Assembly (NCBI GenBank): GCA_002269645.1
Contig: NIVC01002741.1
Location: forward strand, 80,050 to 144,049
DNA from: Macrostomum lignano
Lineage: Eukaryota
Length of the DNA stretch: 64,000 nucleotides
Direction of reading: 5' to 3'
Part shown: positions 1-12,329 of the stretch, one piece after another
How positions within the stretch are numbered: the stretch's first letter is position 1
Layout: each line of letters opens with the position of its first letter
Translations under genes and position numbers: made by a program
Notes under the pieces: model-generated
Database searches by the model: none
Seen by the model: only the letters and a program-made list of their open reading frames with translations
What the model was told of the DNA's origin: nothing

Positions 1-67
1 CCCCTGATAGACAGCGTTACTATTCACCATAATGAGCTGACAGTTAGAAGGTGGAATTTCAAAACCC

Positions 68-2478
68 TTATTTATGCTTGAAGTCGACTCTATCGTCTAG
101 AACGTCTTCAGTGGCGGACATCTCTGAATCGCTGCGACTATCCTTAGCGTCGGGGTCCTGAGTGACCACGGATAGGGCGATGCGAAGGATAAAGTAGAAC
201 CAGATCACGTGCAGCACCTGTAGAACAAGCAGGCAACCATTAAACATGTACCACGATCTGTAGGGTCCAACAATGGCCCAGCTGTGGAACATGGCACTGT
301 TGACAACCCAGAACGGGTAGATGGTGAGCCTGGTGACGATCCAGCAGACCATGAACACCACAAACATCATGTCTCGAAGACAGGTGTTGCTGCTAGCATA
401 GGACAAACACTTGGTCAGGTGCATGAACGGATCAACCACGTCGTGTACAAGAAGAACGAGAGCTCCGATGCGGACATAGTTTAAGCACCAGCTGAAGGAC
501 ATCAGGCACACAGTGACCACGTGATGGATCAGCATCTCCGCAAAATCCTTGTGCTTGACGTCGGTGAAAATGTAGTACATGGCGGACCAGTAGTAGCCCA
601 GGGAGATCATGTAATACCAGTAGATGTCCGCGTCCACTGCTTGGTTCGGCCAGCCAATCCAGCAGTACCGGGCATCCCAGAAGTAGTCCTTGCCTGCGTA
701 GTGAGGGAGATATCAAGGTCAGGGGGAGATTTCAGCGTCCCAAGGAAATAGATGTGCCGGGTGGTGGCGTTTCTTGATTCTCACAGCAAAGTGGAATTCA
801 ATCGATTTCACTGTTGCACTTATGGCCGAGCCTGCTTCTCGTGTGCCAGACGGAGTAACGGTGAGCGCAAAAAACTCCTTGAGAGTCTATACTTCAATCA
901 AGGGCATAACAATGGCATTGCGAATTCGCGGTCAACAGTGTACTGGGGGACGCAAAGCAGCTTCAGTGCAAATGCGTTGCGTGCAAAGAACGTTCAGAAT
1001 CAGATTTTCACACTGAGCTAGCAAAGGTTGCCGACAAAGTGCATTGTGAAACCTGCTTGAAGTACCGGACATACGCTCGTAGAACGCTTGGATGTCAGAG
1101 GTAGCAATGAACGATGGATTGATCGGTAGGACGTTGTTTATCTTTGATGTACGGGTCTATTTGGCTCGATGGATACGGTTTATTGCGATTTCTGAGATTA
1201 CTCAATGCCCAGAAAGATGAGATTACAGCCCGAATGCATTAGGAATCGTAGTTCAAAGCCAAGATAAACGTTTGCTGTTTGAACAAGAGACAAATATATT
1301 ATTTTCTTACCAAAGCTTATACAAAATGGAAGACCCATCTCATGATTTTGAACTCTTTCTACACACCAACTATAGGTGAAATGAAAACGGAGGAGTGTCT
1401 TAGTTCTGACTGAATCGACGCCAATAAATATTTTATGTTAATAAACGTCAGCTGCAAGTTCATAAAAAAGCTATCGGCGGATACAAGCGCTTTACTGAGA
1501 CTGCTACCGACGCGTCAAGTAAAAAATTATACCCAGCTCGGAAAGTACATGCACAATGGGCTTTTGCAACCTTGACCCCCGGACTCAAGGCTGTCGCAGC
1601 ACCTGGACTCTGTACAGCATGAAATCGAGAACATCACGATCGGCCTTAATCAAGTTTACAGACGAAGTGAGGCAACGAAAACATGTTCCTTGCTTACAAT
1701 CAAGTCATGCCTCCAGCACCAACTACTTCATGACCAAGACTGATGCCATGTAAGCATTCGATTCAGTAGATGCTTCCCTATGATTGACAAGGAGGTGCCT
1801 TTAGCTGGTGCATTGCAATGAAGCGCCTCAGTTGGCGGCATCGACTCGCCAAGCAGCTTATTCCGAACTACACACCAATATTTCTTTATTAATGAACAAT
1901 TGTTGGCAGAAAAATTCAGCCGCATCCAGTTTTGACCAATGAAAAATTGCATTTCCTTCTCTTGTAAATAGTGCAACAGTACATAAATCGGGGGCAGATC
2001 AGGCCCCAAACGCACCAACGAGGACGGCGAAGCCATACACCAGAATGCAGCTGTAGTGCAGGAAGAACCACGCGCTCTCCACAAACTTCCTCAGCGTGGA
2101 AGACTTCAGCTGATTTCGCTTCCTGCGAAACCAGTTAGCGACCGATTTGTCCGACCAGCCCAGCTCGCCGGCCAGAGCCGACATCTGATCGACTGTCGGT
2201 CGCCGGTTCAGTCTAAAAACGGCGTCAAGTCGCTTGTTTGGCGTCACCGGCCTGACGGCATCCTTCGGTGCATCGGCGAGGCCCCAGCGCCTGCCCAGGG
2301 GGAACAGCAGGAAGGTCTCAACCAGGTAGCGCAGTAGGCAGAACGCCAGGCCGCACGCCAGCGACATTGTCAGGTGAACTGGCTGCGGCGTCAGCCGGCC
2401 GTCAGGTCTGGAGGCGTATAGGCGAGCCCAGCTGATGTTGGCTGGCAGCCACATCTCCTCGCTCAGCAGGGCGTCCAT
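68..2478 (-). CDS. CERS: Ceramide synthase (Lag1/TLC domain with N-terminal Hox-like domain), 2 coding exons, about 362 aa
   Basis: join(2478-2016, 693-68). Phase-1 intron GTGCGT..CGCAG gives VLV-G-KDYFWDARYCWIGWPNQAVDADIYWYY. Hox-like segment RRPTVDQMSALAGELGWSDKSVANWFRRKRNQ, Lag1 motif EMLIHHVVTVCL..GALVLLVHDVVD, C-terminal DSRSDSE phospho-patch. Total 1089 nt, in frame to TAA. Confidence 0.95.
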
Positions 2479-2569
2479 GCTATCGGGTTTGGGGGCGGCG
2501 GCAAGTCTGGCGAAGTCTGTTCACCGATTCTTTGCGGGGCTCCGGGGCGCTGCAACTGGGAGTGTTGGC

Positions 2570-3619
2570 TGGATTGTGCTGACTGTACATCGGGCTGGCT
2601 TGTGCTGAGTGCACATTAGCTGGATTGTGCCAACTGTACATTGGGCTGGCTTGTGCTGAGTGTACATTGGGCTGGCTTGTGCTGACTGTACATTGGGCTG
2701 GCTTGTGCTGAGTGCACATTAGCTGGATTGCACTGAGTGTACATTGGGTTGGCTAGCAGTGAGTGTACATTGGCTGGATTGTGCTGAATGTAAATTTTGC
2801 TGGCTTGTGCTGAGTGTACATTGGTTGGGGTTGGGTCGCAGTGGGTGTACATAGGGCTGGATCTCACTGAGTGTACATTGGCTGGCTTGCACTGAGTGTA
2901 CATTGGACAGGGGTTGGCTAGCAGTAAGTCTACATTGGACAGGGGTTGGCTAGCAGTGAGTGTACATTGGACAGGGGGTTGGCTAGCAGTGAGTGTACAT
3001 TGAACAGGGGGTTGGCTAGCAGTGAGTGTAAATTGGACAGGGGTTGGCTAGCAGTGAGTGTACATTGGACAGGGGTTGGCTAGCAGTGAGTGTACATTGG
3101 ACAGGGGTTGGCTAGCAGTGAGTGTACATTGGCTGGATTGTGCTGACTGTAAATTGTGCTGGCTTGTGCTGAGTGTACATTAGCTGGATTGCACTGAGTG
3201 TACATTAGGCTGGCTTGTGCTAACTGTACATTTGTTGGGGTTGGGTCGCAGTGGATGTACATAGGGCTGGATCTCACTGAGTGTACATTGGCTGGCTTGC
3301 ACTGAGTGTACATTGGACAGGGGTTGGCTAGCAGTGAGTGTACATTGGACAGGGGTTGGCTAGCAGTGAGTGTACATTGGACAGGGGTTGGCTAGCAGTG
3401 AGTGTACATTGGACAGGGTTTGGCTAGCAGTGAGTGTACATTAGACAGGGGTTGGCTAGCAGTGAGTGTACATTGGACAGGGGTTGGCTAGCAGTGAGTG
3501 TACATTGGACAGGGTTTGGCTAGCAGTGAGTGTACATTAGACAGGGGTTGGCTAGCAGTGAGTGTACATTAGACAGGGGTTGGCTAGCAGTGAGTGTACA
3601 TTAGACAGGGTTTGGCTAG
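2570..3619. repeat. Minisatellite, 32-bp unit GAGTGTACATTGGACAGGGGTTGGCTAGCAGT plus related about 26-bp variants, upstream of the CerS first coding exon
   Basis: Tandem units read directly; two unit families share the GAGTGTACATT core. Confidence 0.9.
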
Positions 3620-3686
3620 CAAAAGAGTGAGTTTAGAAAACACGGAAGTCAAAGGCAGATGAGGCGCAGTCGTATTACAATGATCG

Positions 3687-3692
3687 TTTATT
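3687..3692 (-). terminator. Candidate poly(A) signal AATAAA of the TBC1D24-like gene
   Basis: TTTATT on the plus strand, about 70 bp before the 2570-3619 array on the minus-strand path. Confidence 0.4.
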
Positions 3693-4499
3693 ACAGACTA
3701 TAAGCGCAGTGTGACCCAACAGGACCAATACTCGAGGCGATTAAATAGCGAAGCTAATAAACAAAAAATCGATAAGAATAACAATAAAACATCGGACAGA
3801 TTCGATAAGATATAATTAACAAAATTTCAGGGAACAAGTATGTATATATTATGCATAGCTTGACAGACTGAGACGCCAGGTGCGCTAAATGAACTAGGAA
3901 TTGTAATTAAAAGGTCCGAAATGTAAAGCAGCTCATACTTTTACATAAAAATGGTGCAGCGATAATGAAAAACGCGAATTACCAACATCTGCGATAAAAC
4001 TGCTAAGTGGAGCAGCGAGAGTAGCAATGCAAGTAAAAAATTCTCCTTCCAGCGAATAATCAATAAATCATAAACAATAAGCCGCTAAACTACTTTTAAC
4101 CTAACACAGGCTTTGCAAAGCGAGAATTGCTCTACTGGCAGTAGTAAGAAGAGAATTTCATCTCTGTTTGGGATATATATAGAGCTAAAACTTGCAGAGC
4201 ATGGCAAGTTAGGTAGATATTTCCAATTGAAAAGAAACTTCTGATGACTAGGCATTATGCACAGTGCGTACGCCTGCAAAGCATTGGTTACGACGGGAAA
4301 TAAACAAAGCAATGAAAATAATTTCTACTTATGGTTAAAAGTTGCTAGTAGTATATATTGCGCATGTGAACTGCGAGAGCGAGTGGGCGGCTCTGGCGAA
4401 GAATTGCTGCAAAAGTCTTCGGAGCGACCTTGCCGCCTCATTGGTTCCAGGTTTTGGCTTCTGCAAGTGAAATTTCAGTATGGGATGACTTATTTGCTA

Positions 4500-5402
4500 T
4501 TGGAAATGACAGGCCTGAAGGAACAGGAAATGACAGGCCTGAAGGAACAGGAAATGACAGGCCTGAAGGAACAGGAAATGACAGGCCTGAAGGAACAGGA
4601 AATGACAGATCTGAACAGGAAATGGCAGGCAGCAACAGGAAATGACAGGCCTGAAGGAACAGGAAATGACAGGCCTGAAGGAACAGGAAATGACAGGCCT
4701 GAAGGAACAGGAAATGACAGGCTTGAAGAAAAAGGAAATGAAGGCCTGAAGGAACAGGAAATGACAAACCTGAAGGAACAGGAAATGACAGGCCTGAAGG
4801 AACAGGAAATGACAAACCTGAAGGAACAGGAAATGACAGGCTTGAAGGAACAGGAAATGACAGGCCTGAAGGAACAGGAAATGACAGGCTTGAAGGAACA
4901 GGAAATAACAGGCCTGAAGGAACAGGAAATGACAGGCCTGAAGGAACAGGAAATGACAGATCTGAACAGGAAATGGCAGGCAGCAACAGGAAATGACAGG
5001 CCTGAAGGAACAGGAAATGACAGGCCTGAAGGAACAGGAAATGACAGGCCTGAAGGAACAGGAAATAACAGGCCTGAAGGAACAGGAAATGACAGGCCTG
5101 AAGGAACAGGAAATGACAGATCTGAACAGGAAATGGCAGGCAGCAACAGGAAATGACAGGCCTGAAGGAACAGGAAATGACAGGCCTGAAGGAACAGGAA
5201 ATGACAGGCCTGAAGGAACAGGAAATGACAGGCCTGAAGGAACAGGAAATGACAGGTCTGAAGGAACAGGAAATAACAGGCCTGAAGGAACAGGAAATGA
5301 CAGGCCTGAAGGAACAGGAAATGACAGGCCTGAAGGAACAGGAAATGACAGGCCTGAAGGAACAGGAAATGACAGGTCTGAAGGAACAGGAAATGACAGA
5401 CC
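4500..5402. repeat. Minisatellite, 24-bp unit GGAAATGACAGGCCTGAAGGAACA, filling a probable 3'-UTR intron
   Basis: About 37 tandem units with recurrent variant blocks; bounded on the minus strand by TG|GTAGGT (5405) and TTCCAATAG| (4497). Confidence 0.92.
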
Positions 5403-5422
5403 TACCAGTTACAGCCAGCAGT

Positions 5423-7513
5423 TCAGTCGCCTCGCTCATCAAAGCCCAGCAGCTCCACAGCCTGCACAGCGAATCGACACTCAGCTCCCGGCAGCAGCGG
5501 CTGAGAGTCGAACGTGGCGCAGCGCTGGCTGAAGCCTTCGCTCAGTTCGCGGTTGAGGCTGAGACCGAAGCCGCCGCCGCCACCGCCAATCACCAGGGAG
5601 TTCGGCTCCGCCATGATGAACAAGGCCTCCGTATGCTGCTGCTGTTGCTGCTGTTGCTGCTGGCAGGATGAATTCTGAGTTTGTTAGATGAATGCGATTC
5701 CCGGTCTCCACTGAGCCCCTGAAAAGGTACTCAGTCCTACAGACAGGTCCTCAGTCCTACAGACAGGTCCTCAGTCCTACAGACAGGTCCTCAGTCCTAC
5801 AGACACGTCATTAGACAGGTCCTCAGTCCTACAGACACGTCATCAGACAGGTCCTCAGTCCTACAGACGCGTCATCAGACAGGTCCTCAGTCCTACAGAC
5901 ACGTCAGGACCTTAGTCCTACATCGCTACCCAATGCAGGCAGGTGCTACAGCAACCCTAGCAGATTAAAGGCCGGTCGTAATGACCAGAAGCATCACCTG
6001 TTGCCGATGCCCCACCCAGGTGTAAACTCGGACATCTCCGTCTCGCTCTCCCACTGTGGTGAACAAGAAAGTCTCGCCGGTGCCGAAGAAGGCGGCCGGG
6101 TGCTGCTCCCTATCGCTCAGGGCGGTGCACAGGTAGGCGCCGAAAGTGCCGCTAACGGAGCCGCTTCTCACAAGCAGGAGCAGCGGAGAGTTCTTGCCGG
6201 CGGCTGAGTACAGCGTCTGCAGGTTGAAGCCGGCCGAGGCTGTGGAGAACAGCGAGGCCAGCGGCTTGATGGCGTGACGGGCCGGCACGTGGCGCAGCAA
6301 CTGGCGCAGCTGCTTCTCAGTTAGCAGGGCGCTGGGGCTGCTCAGGGGAAGGCAGAGAAGCCAGTCGTCTGTGGCGCTCCTGCGGATGGGCGATTAAATA
6401 ATCTCAATAACCTTTGCCTCTGTGTAGGTCTGTACGAGCTAGTTATAGGGTCCTAAAGATTCGTGTCAGGTCCTAGGAATTCGTGTCAGATCCTTTAGAT
6501 TTGTCAGGCCCTAAGAATTTTTGTCAGGTCCTATGAATTCGTGTCAGATTCTAGAGATTTTTCAGGTTCTAGGACTTCGTGTCAGATCCTATGGATTTGT
6601 GTCAGGCCCTAGGAATTTTTGTCAGGTCCTATGAATTCGTGTCAGATCCTATAGATTTGTGTCAGGCCCTATGAATTCGTGTCAGATTCTATAGATTTCT
6701 GTCAGGTCCTAGGAATTCGTGTCAGATTCTATAGATTTCTGTCAGGTCCTAGGACTTCGTGTCAGATTCTATAGATTTCTGTCAGGTCCTAGGAATTCGT
6801 GTCAGATTCTATAGATTTCTGTCAGGTCCTAGGACTTCGTGTCAGATTCTATAGATTTCTGTCAGGTCCTAGGAATTCGTGTCAGATTCTATAGATTTCT
6901 GTCAGGTCCTAGGACTTCGTGTCAGATTCTATAGATTTCTGTCAGGTCCTAGGACTTCGTGTCAGATCCTATAGATTTCTGTCAGGTTCTAGGACTTCGT
7001 GTCAGATCCTATAGATTTGTCAGGTCCTAGGAATTTGTGTCAGAAACTAGGAATTTGTTACGTACAAAAACAGCAATCAGCCGAAAACCCGAAAATCAAT
7101 TATTGCATTGAACACCAGAGCATCGCGCCACAAGCCTTCCTCACCTGGCCGCGCGAAGTCCAGTCGGCAGCTCGGCCAGCAGTGTCTGGTTGGGCACGGC
7201 GTTGGCGGCGGTCACCACGTCGGCGGACTGCAGGTTGCGGATCTGGAACATGGCCCTCGTGAACTGCTCCACCGACACGTACACGCCCAGGCCCTGCGCT
7301 GTTTCACTAAGCGTCGCCCCCAGGCTGTCGTCCAGGCCGGCCAGGGCGGCAGAGCCGGACGAGGAGCGCTGGCGGATTCGCTTCTTGAAGGACAGGCGGC
7401 ACAGCGCCAGGCCGGCGCGGACCAGCACCTGAAAAGGGAGCGTTTGGAATGTCCAACCTGTCTGTCTGCCTGTCCATCTATCTATTTATCTATGTATTTG
7501 TGTATCTATCTAC

Positions 7514-7610
<97 letters not shown>

Positions 7611-9907
7611 GATCTATTCATCCATCCGTGTGTCCCAGAACATAAATCAGCAATCTGGCACCTTAAATCCCTCAACCAGGAAGCTGTCAATCAGAGGCAG
7701 CAGGAAGTCGATGGGCATTCGCCACAGGTACTGAAACCAGCGGCGCAGGTGATCGGTATAGTTGGGAAAGGTGGGCAAAGAGCGGCTGAACTTGATGGCG
7801 AACCGGCCGACCAGGTGCTCGAGAAGGCGCTCGCACTTGGCGTAGCGAAGCAGGCTGTCTGGCAGTCGCCACAGACCGCGGTCCTCCCTGCGGGCCAGCG
7901 GACAGGACAGGGGCTGCTGAGCGTTGCAGCACACATGCTGAAATACTACTGCTAGCTACTAGCTTGCGGTCATGCGAGCTTGATCTAGGGGATCACAGAT
8001 CTGCATTGGGGATCACAGATCTGCATTGGGGATCACAGATCTGCATTGGGGATCACAGATCTGCATTGGGGATCATAGATCCGCATTGGGGATCATAGAT
8101 CTGCATTGGGGATCATAGATCTGCATTGGGGATCACAGAACTGCATTGGGGATCACAGAACTGCACTGGGGATCACAGATCTGCATTGGGGATCACAGAT
8201 CTGCATTGGGGATCACAGAACTGCATTGGGGATCACAGAACTGCATTGGGGATCACAGATCTGCATTGGGGATCACATTGGGGATCATCTGAGACTCACT
8301 TTCCCAGCAGGGAATGAAGGCAGGCGAGGGTCTCCGCCTCAGTCAGGCAGTGCAGCAGCAGGGCTCCGATGGGCAGCAGGCAGGGGGCGAACAGGTCGTG
8401 CCGGCAGAGGGTCAGGCGGCGGCAGATGCGGTTGAGGGCGGCCTGGCCGGCCGGGTTCAGGCAGTAGAAGTGGCGATAGTCGGCCAGGCACCAGGAGGGC
8501 CACTCGACGCCTTCGGCCACTGCGCACTGGGGCGCGGGTTCGGAGCCTGCAGGTGGGGGTGCCACTGTTTGAGATCCTTTCCATTGAGTAGAAACTGTTC
8601 ACTACTTTATAGTAACCATGACATGCAATTCGTATCGGTTTCCCCTAGCACCATGGCATCGATATCGATGCTACATAGCAACTATAACTATGACCTTCTC
8701 TGTTCTATAGCAACCATTGAAACCGAAACTTCCCTTTGACAACTATAAAAATTGATACCCGCTCTCTATAGCAACCATGTGATCGATACCGGTTCCACTT
8801 AGCAACCATGTGATCGATACCGGTTCCACTTAGCAACCATGTGATCGATACCGGTTCCACTTAGCAACCATGTGATCGATACCGGTTTCAATTAGCGACC
8901 ATGGGATCGATACCGGTCCTCGTTAGCAACAGTGGGATCGATACCGCTCCCCCTTAGCAACTATGGGATCGATTACAGTTCCCCTTAGCATCCATGGGAT
9001 CGATACTGGTCCCTCTTAGCAACCATGTGATCGATACCGGCTCACTTAGAAACCGTTGAATCGATACCGGTTCCACTTAGCAACCATGAGATCGATACCG
9101 GTCTGTTTTAGCAACCATGGGATTGATACTGGTTCGCCTTAGCAACCATGGGATCGATACTGGTTCCACTTAGCAACAATAGGACCGATATCAGTCCTCA
9201 TTAGCAACCATGGGATCGATACCGGTTCTCATTAGCAACCATGTGGTCGATACCGGTCCGCCTTAGCAACCATGGGATCAATACCGGTTCCCCTTAGCAA
9301 CCATGGGATCGATACTGGTTCGCCTTAGCAACCATGGGATCGATACTGGTTCCACTTAGCAACCATAGGACCGATATCAGTCCTCATTAGCAACCATGGG
9401 ATCGATACCGGTTCCACTTAGCAATCATGGAATCAATACCGGTTCCCCTTAGCAACCATGGGATCGATACTGGTTCCACTTAGCAACCATGGGATCGATA
9501 ATGGTTCGCCTTAGCAACCATGGGATCGATAATGGTTCGCCTTAGCAACCATGGGATCAATACCGGTTCCCCTTAGCAACAATGGGATCGACACCAGTTC
9601 GCCTTAGCAACCATGGGATCATGTGCCTCTCACCAGACGCAGCGATCAGCTTTCGCCAGAGAGCTCGCCTGGCGGCCAAGTTGGCCAGTGCCGGCCGCTG
9701 CTGCGACCTGGCCAGCCGCTTTAAAGCCGCCGCCGATTCCGCCGCAGCTGCCGACTGCTGCTGCTCGGAGTCCGAAGCGTCAGCGAGAAGTGGAGCGGCT
9801 GCCGCGCCGCCGCCAGCGTTGGCTGCCACTGCGGCTCGTTGACAGGCAGCTCGGAGCGCTGATTGGTCCACGAACTCGCCTGTGCCGCCGCCTTGCGTGC
9901 TGGACAT
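5423..9907 (-). CDS. TBC1D24: TBC1D24/Skywalker orthologue (TBC domain + TLDc domain), 6 coding exons, about 549 aa
   Basis: join(9907-9634, 8546-8300, 7887-7662, 7428-7145, 6379-5998, 5659-5423); all GT-AG, phases 1,2,0,2,0 are compatible. Motifs FYCLNPAGQAALNRI, APCLLPIGALLLHCLTEAE, WFQYLWRMP..DSFLVEGFKVLVRAGLAL (TBC) and LFSTASAGFNLQTLY, FGAYL, FFGTGETFLFT, LVIGGGGGGFGLSLN, CATFDSQPL (TLDc). The last acceptor could also be 5674 (same frame). Confidence 0.9.
5729..5915. repeat. Intronic minisatellite, 20-33 bp units (AGTCCTACAGACAGGTCCTC)
   Basis: Tandem units in TBC1D24 intron 5. Confidence 0.85.
6455..7055. repeat. Intronic minisatellite, 20-bp monomers arranged as a 40-bp dimer (GTCAGGTCCTAGGAATTCGT / GTCAGATTCTATAGATTTCT)
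   Basis: Alternating units in TBC1D24 intron 4, homogeneous in the centre and degenerate at the edges. Confidence 0.9.
7478..7612. repeat. (TATC)n microsatellite
   Basis: About 30 copies in TBC1D24 intron 3. Confidence 0.95.
7987..8288. repeat. Intronic minisatellite, 20-bp unit GGGGATCACAGATCTGCATT
   Basis: About 15 copies in TBC1D24 intron 2. Confidence 0.92.
8765..9618. repeat. Intronic minisatellite, 31-bp unit TTAGCAACCATG(T/G)GATCGATACCGGTTCCAC
   Basis: About 27 copies in TBC1D24 intron 1. Confidence 0.9.
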
Positions 9908-9939
9908 GTGGCTGCGGTGCGGAGGTGGCGGCTGTCCAT

Positions 9940-11030
9940 AATCACTGGCTGTGGGGATAATCTCTGGCTGTTGGGATAATCACTGGCTGTGGGGATAATC
10001 ACTGGCTGTGGGGATAATCTCTGGCTGTGGGGATAATCTCTGGCTGTTGGGATAATCACTGGCTGTGGGGATAATCTCTGGCTGTTGGGATAATCACTGG
10101 CTGTGGGGATAATCTCTGGCTGTTGGGATAATCTCTAGCTGTGGGGATAATACCTGGCTGTTGGGATAATCTCTGGCTGTGGGGATAATCTCTAGCTGTG
10201 GGGATAATCTTTGGCTGTGGGGAAAATCTCTAGCTGTGGGGATAATCTCTAGCTGTGGGGATAATCTTTGGCTGTGGGGAAAATCCTTAGCTGTGGGGAT
10301 AATCTATAGCTGTGGGGATAATCTCTGGCTGTGCGGATAATCACTGGCTGTGGGGATAATCTCTGGCTGTGAGGATAATCTTTTGACCTTGGGGATAATC
10401 TCTGGCTGTGGGGATAATCTCTTGACCGTGGGGATAATCACTGGCTGTGGGGATAATCTCTGGCTGTGAGGATAATCTCTTGACCTTGGGGATAATCTCT
10501 GGCTGTGGGGATAATATCTGGCTGTAGGGGTTAATCTATGGTTGTGGGGATAATCTCTTGACCGTGGGGATAATCACTGGCTGTGGGGATAATCTCTGGC
10601 TGTAAGGATAATCTCTTGACCTTGGGGATAATCTCTGGCTGTAGGGGTTAATCTATGGCTGTGGGGATAATCTCTGGCTGTGGGGATAATCTCTGGCTGT
10701 GGGGATAATCACTGGCTGTGGGAATAATCTCTAGCTGTGGGGATAATCTCTAGCTGTGGGGATAATCTTTGGCTGTGGGGAAAATCCTTAGCTGTGGGGA
10801 TAATCTATAGCTGTGGGGATAATCTCTGGCTGTGCGGATAATCACTGGCTGTGGGGATAATCTCTGGCTGTGAGGATAATCTCTTGACCGTGGGGATAAT
10901 CACTGGCTGTGGGGATAATCTCTGGCTGTGGGGATAATCTCTGGCTGTGGGGATAATCACTGGCTGTGGGGATAATCTTTGGCTGTGGGGAAAATCTCTG
11001 GCTGTGGGGAAAATCTCTGGCTGTGGGAAT
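9940..11030. repeat. Minisatellite, 19-bp unit CTGTGGGGATAATCTCTGG, directly upstream of the TBC1D24 first coding exon
   Basis: About 55 copies; on the minus strand the unit reads ATTATCCCCACAG-CCAGAG. Confidence 0.92.
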
Positions 11031-11167
11031 AATATCCGATAACAAGCATAAATCAATAACGAAGCCAAATTCACAGATTTGTCACAAAAAAGAGGTGACA
11101 GGCAGAATGCAGTGCTGCCGGCAGTTTATGTGTATTCGCTAATTAAGTAATTAATTGATAGTTTTGT

Positions 11168-11173
11168 TTTATT
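11168..11173 (-). terminator. Candidate poly(A) signal AATAAA of the hnRNP F/H-like gene
   Basis: TTTATT on the plus strand; other candidates lie near 11735 and 12080. Confidence 0.35.
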
Positions 11174-12329
11174 CACTGTTAATTAATTTTCAGTGCTATT
11201 TTTGCCTGGGCCCTTGCCATAGTTTAGTGCAGAGCAACACTGGGAGGGGCCAAAAAATCATACCGAGCATCTGCTTACTATATTATAGCAATACAAAAGT
11301 GCACTAAATAGGGTTAATTACTGTATAAAAAGGGCCCAGACAAACAAAGGCGGGCAGCATTGGGCTTATCAACCGGATACAATAATGCAGAAGCTTTCTA
11401 GCAGAGCGTCGCGGCTGAATAAATATCCCATACAGACTACTGCCGCACGCATACATATTAACAAAATGAAAATAAGAGAAACACACGGGAATCCCAAGCT
11501 AGTAAACTTACTAACAGTAGTATATATAGAGTTAGTATTAAATTCGCTTTAATGAACAGGAAATAGCAAGGAGAAAAAAATTATTGACAAAGCAAATTCG
11601 CTAATCCAGACGGGGCGTACAGATCCGGGCGGTCGGGGCCTGGCCTGAGCAGTGAGGAATGGGGCCGCATTCAGACACAGTGGTGCCGTAAGAAAAAGTT
11701 AATGAATGAACACGGCAGCACATTTGCTCAGATATTTTATTATGATACAGAATTTTCAACGCAAGCATTTGCAGGTACATGTTGCACTTCAGACAAATTC
11801 ATAATTAGACAGCTGATGATTAGTACACAGCTTTTTTACCCTATTAATTTTAAACATACGCGTCAATTATAACAAAATGATGCCGGTGTTATTAGTCTGC
11901 AAATGAAAACCAATCAATTAACCAGCAGTTGATGAAACAAACAGCTTTGTTGGAGGCGGCAATGGAGTGACTGGGAAATGCAGCGCATCAAGTTCGGTTA
12001 GCAACAGTGGCAGGTAGAAATATACAGATAGAACGGCAGCTCTGGGCTTCAGCGAGCACAGGTTTTACGCATTCAACTATTTATTGGGGCCCGAGCGGTC
12101 ATCATTTATAAACAAACTGGGAAATTGAAACCGCAATAATGAAATTAGTAATTTGATTACGGTTCCTACTAACGAGAATAGTGTTATAAATATACACATA
12201 TAAATAATCTTGCCTGAAAAGAAATGTGATGAAGAGAGCCGGGGCGGAGGCAGAGAGAAGGGGCGTCTGCGCTAAATCTTGTACAAAAACTAAACGGGGA
12301 AATGAGCACGCACTGAGCTGGCTGGCAGC

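Noticed and set aside
752-1753. Plus-strand ORFs and CxxC-containing frames inside the CerS intron
   Set aside because: No splice combination gives a consistent frame with a recognisable domain, and stops interrupt the Cys-rich frame.
7888-7940. Upstream acceptor TTTCAG|CATGTG (7937) for TBC1D24 exon 3
   Set aside because: It is phase 0 while the preceding donor is phase 2; CCCGCAG|G at 7887 restores the TBC frame.
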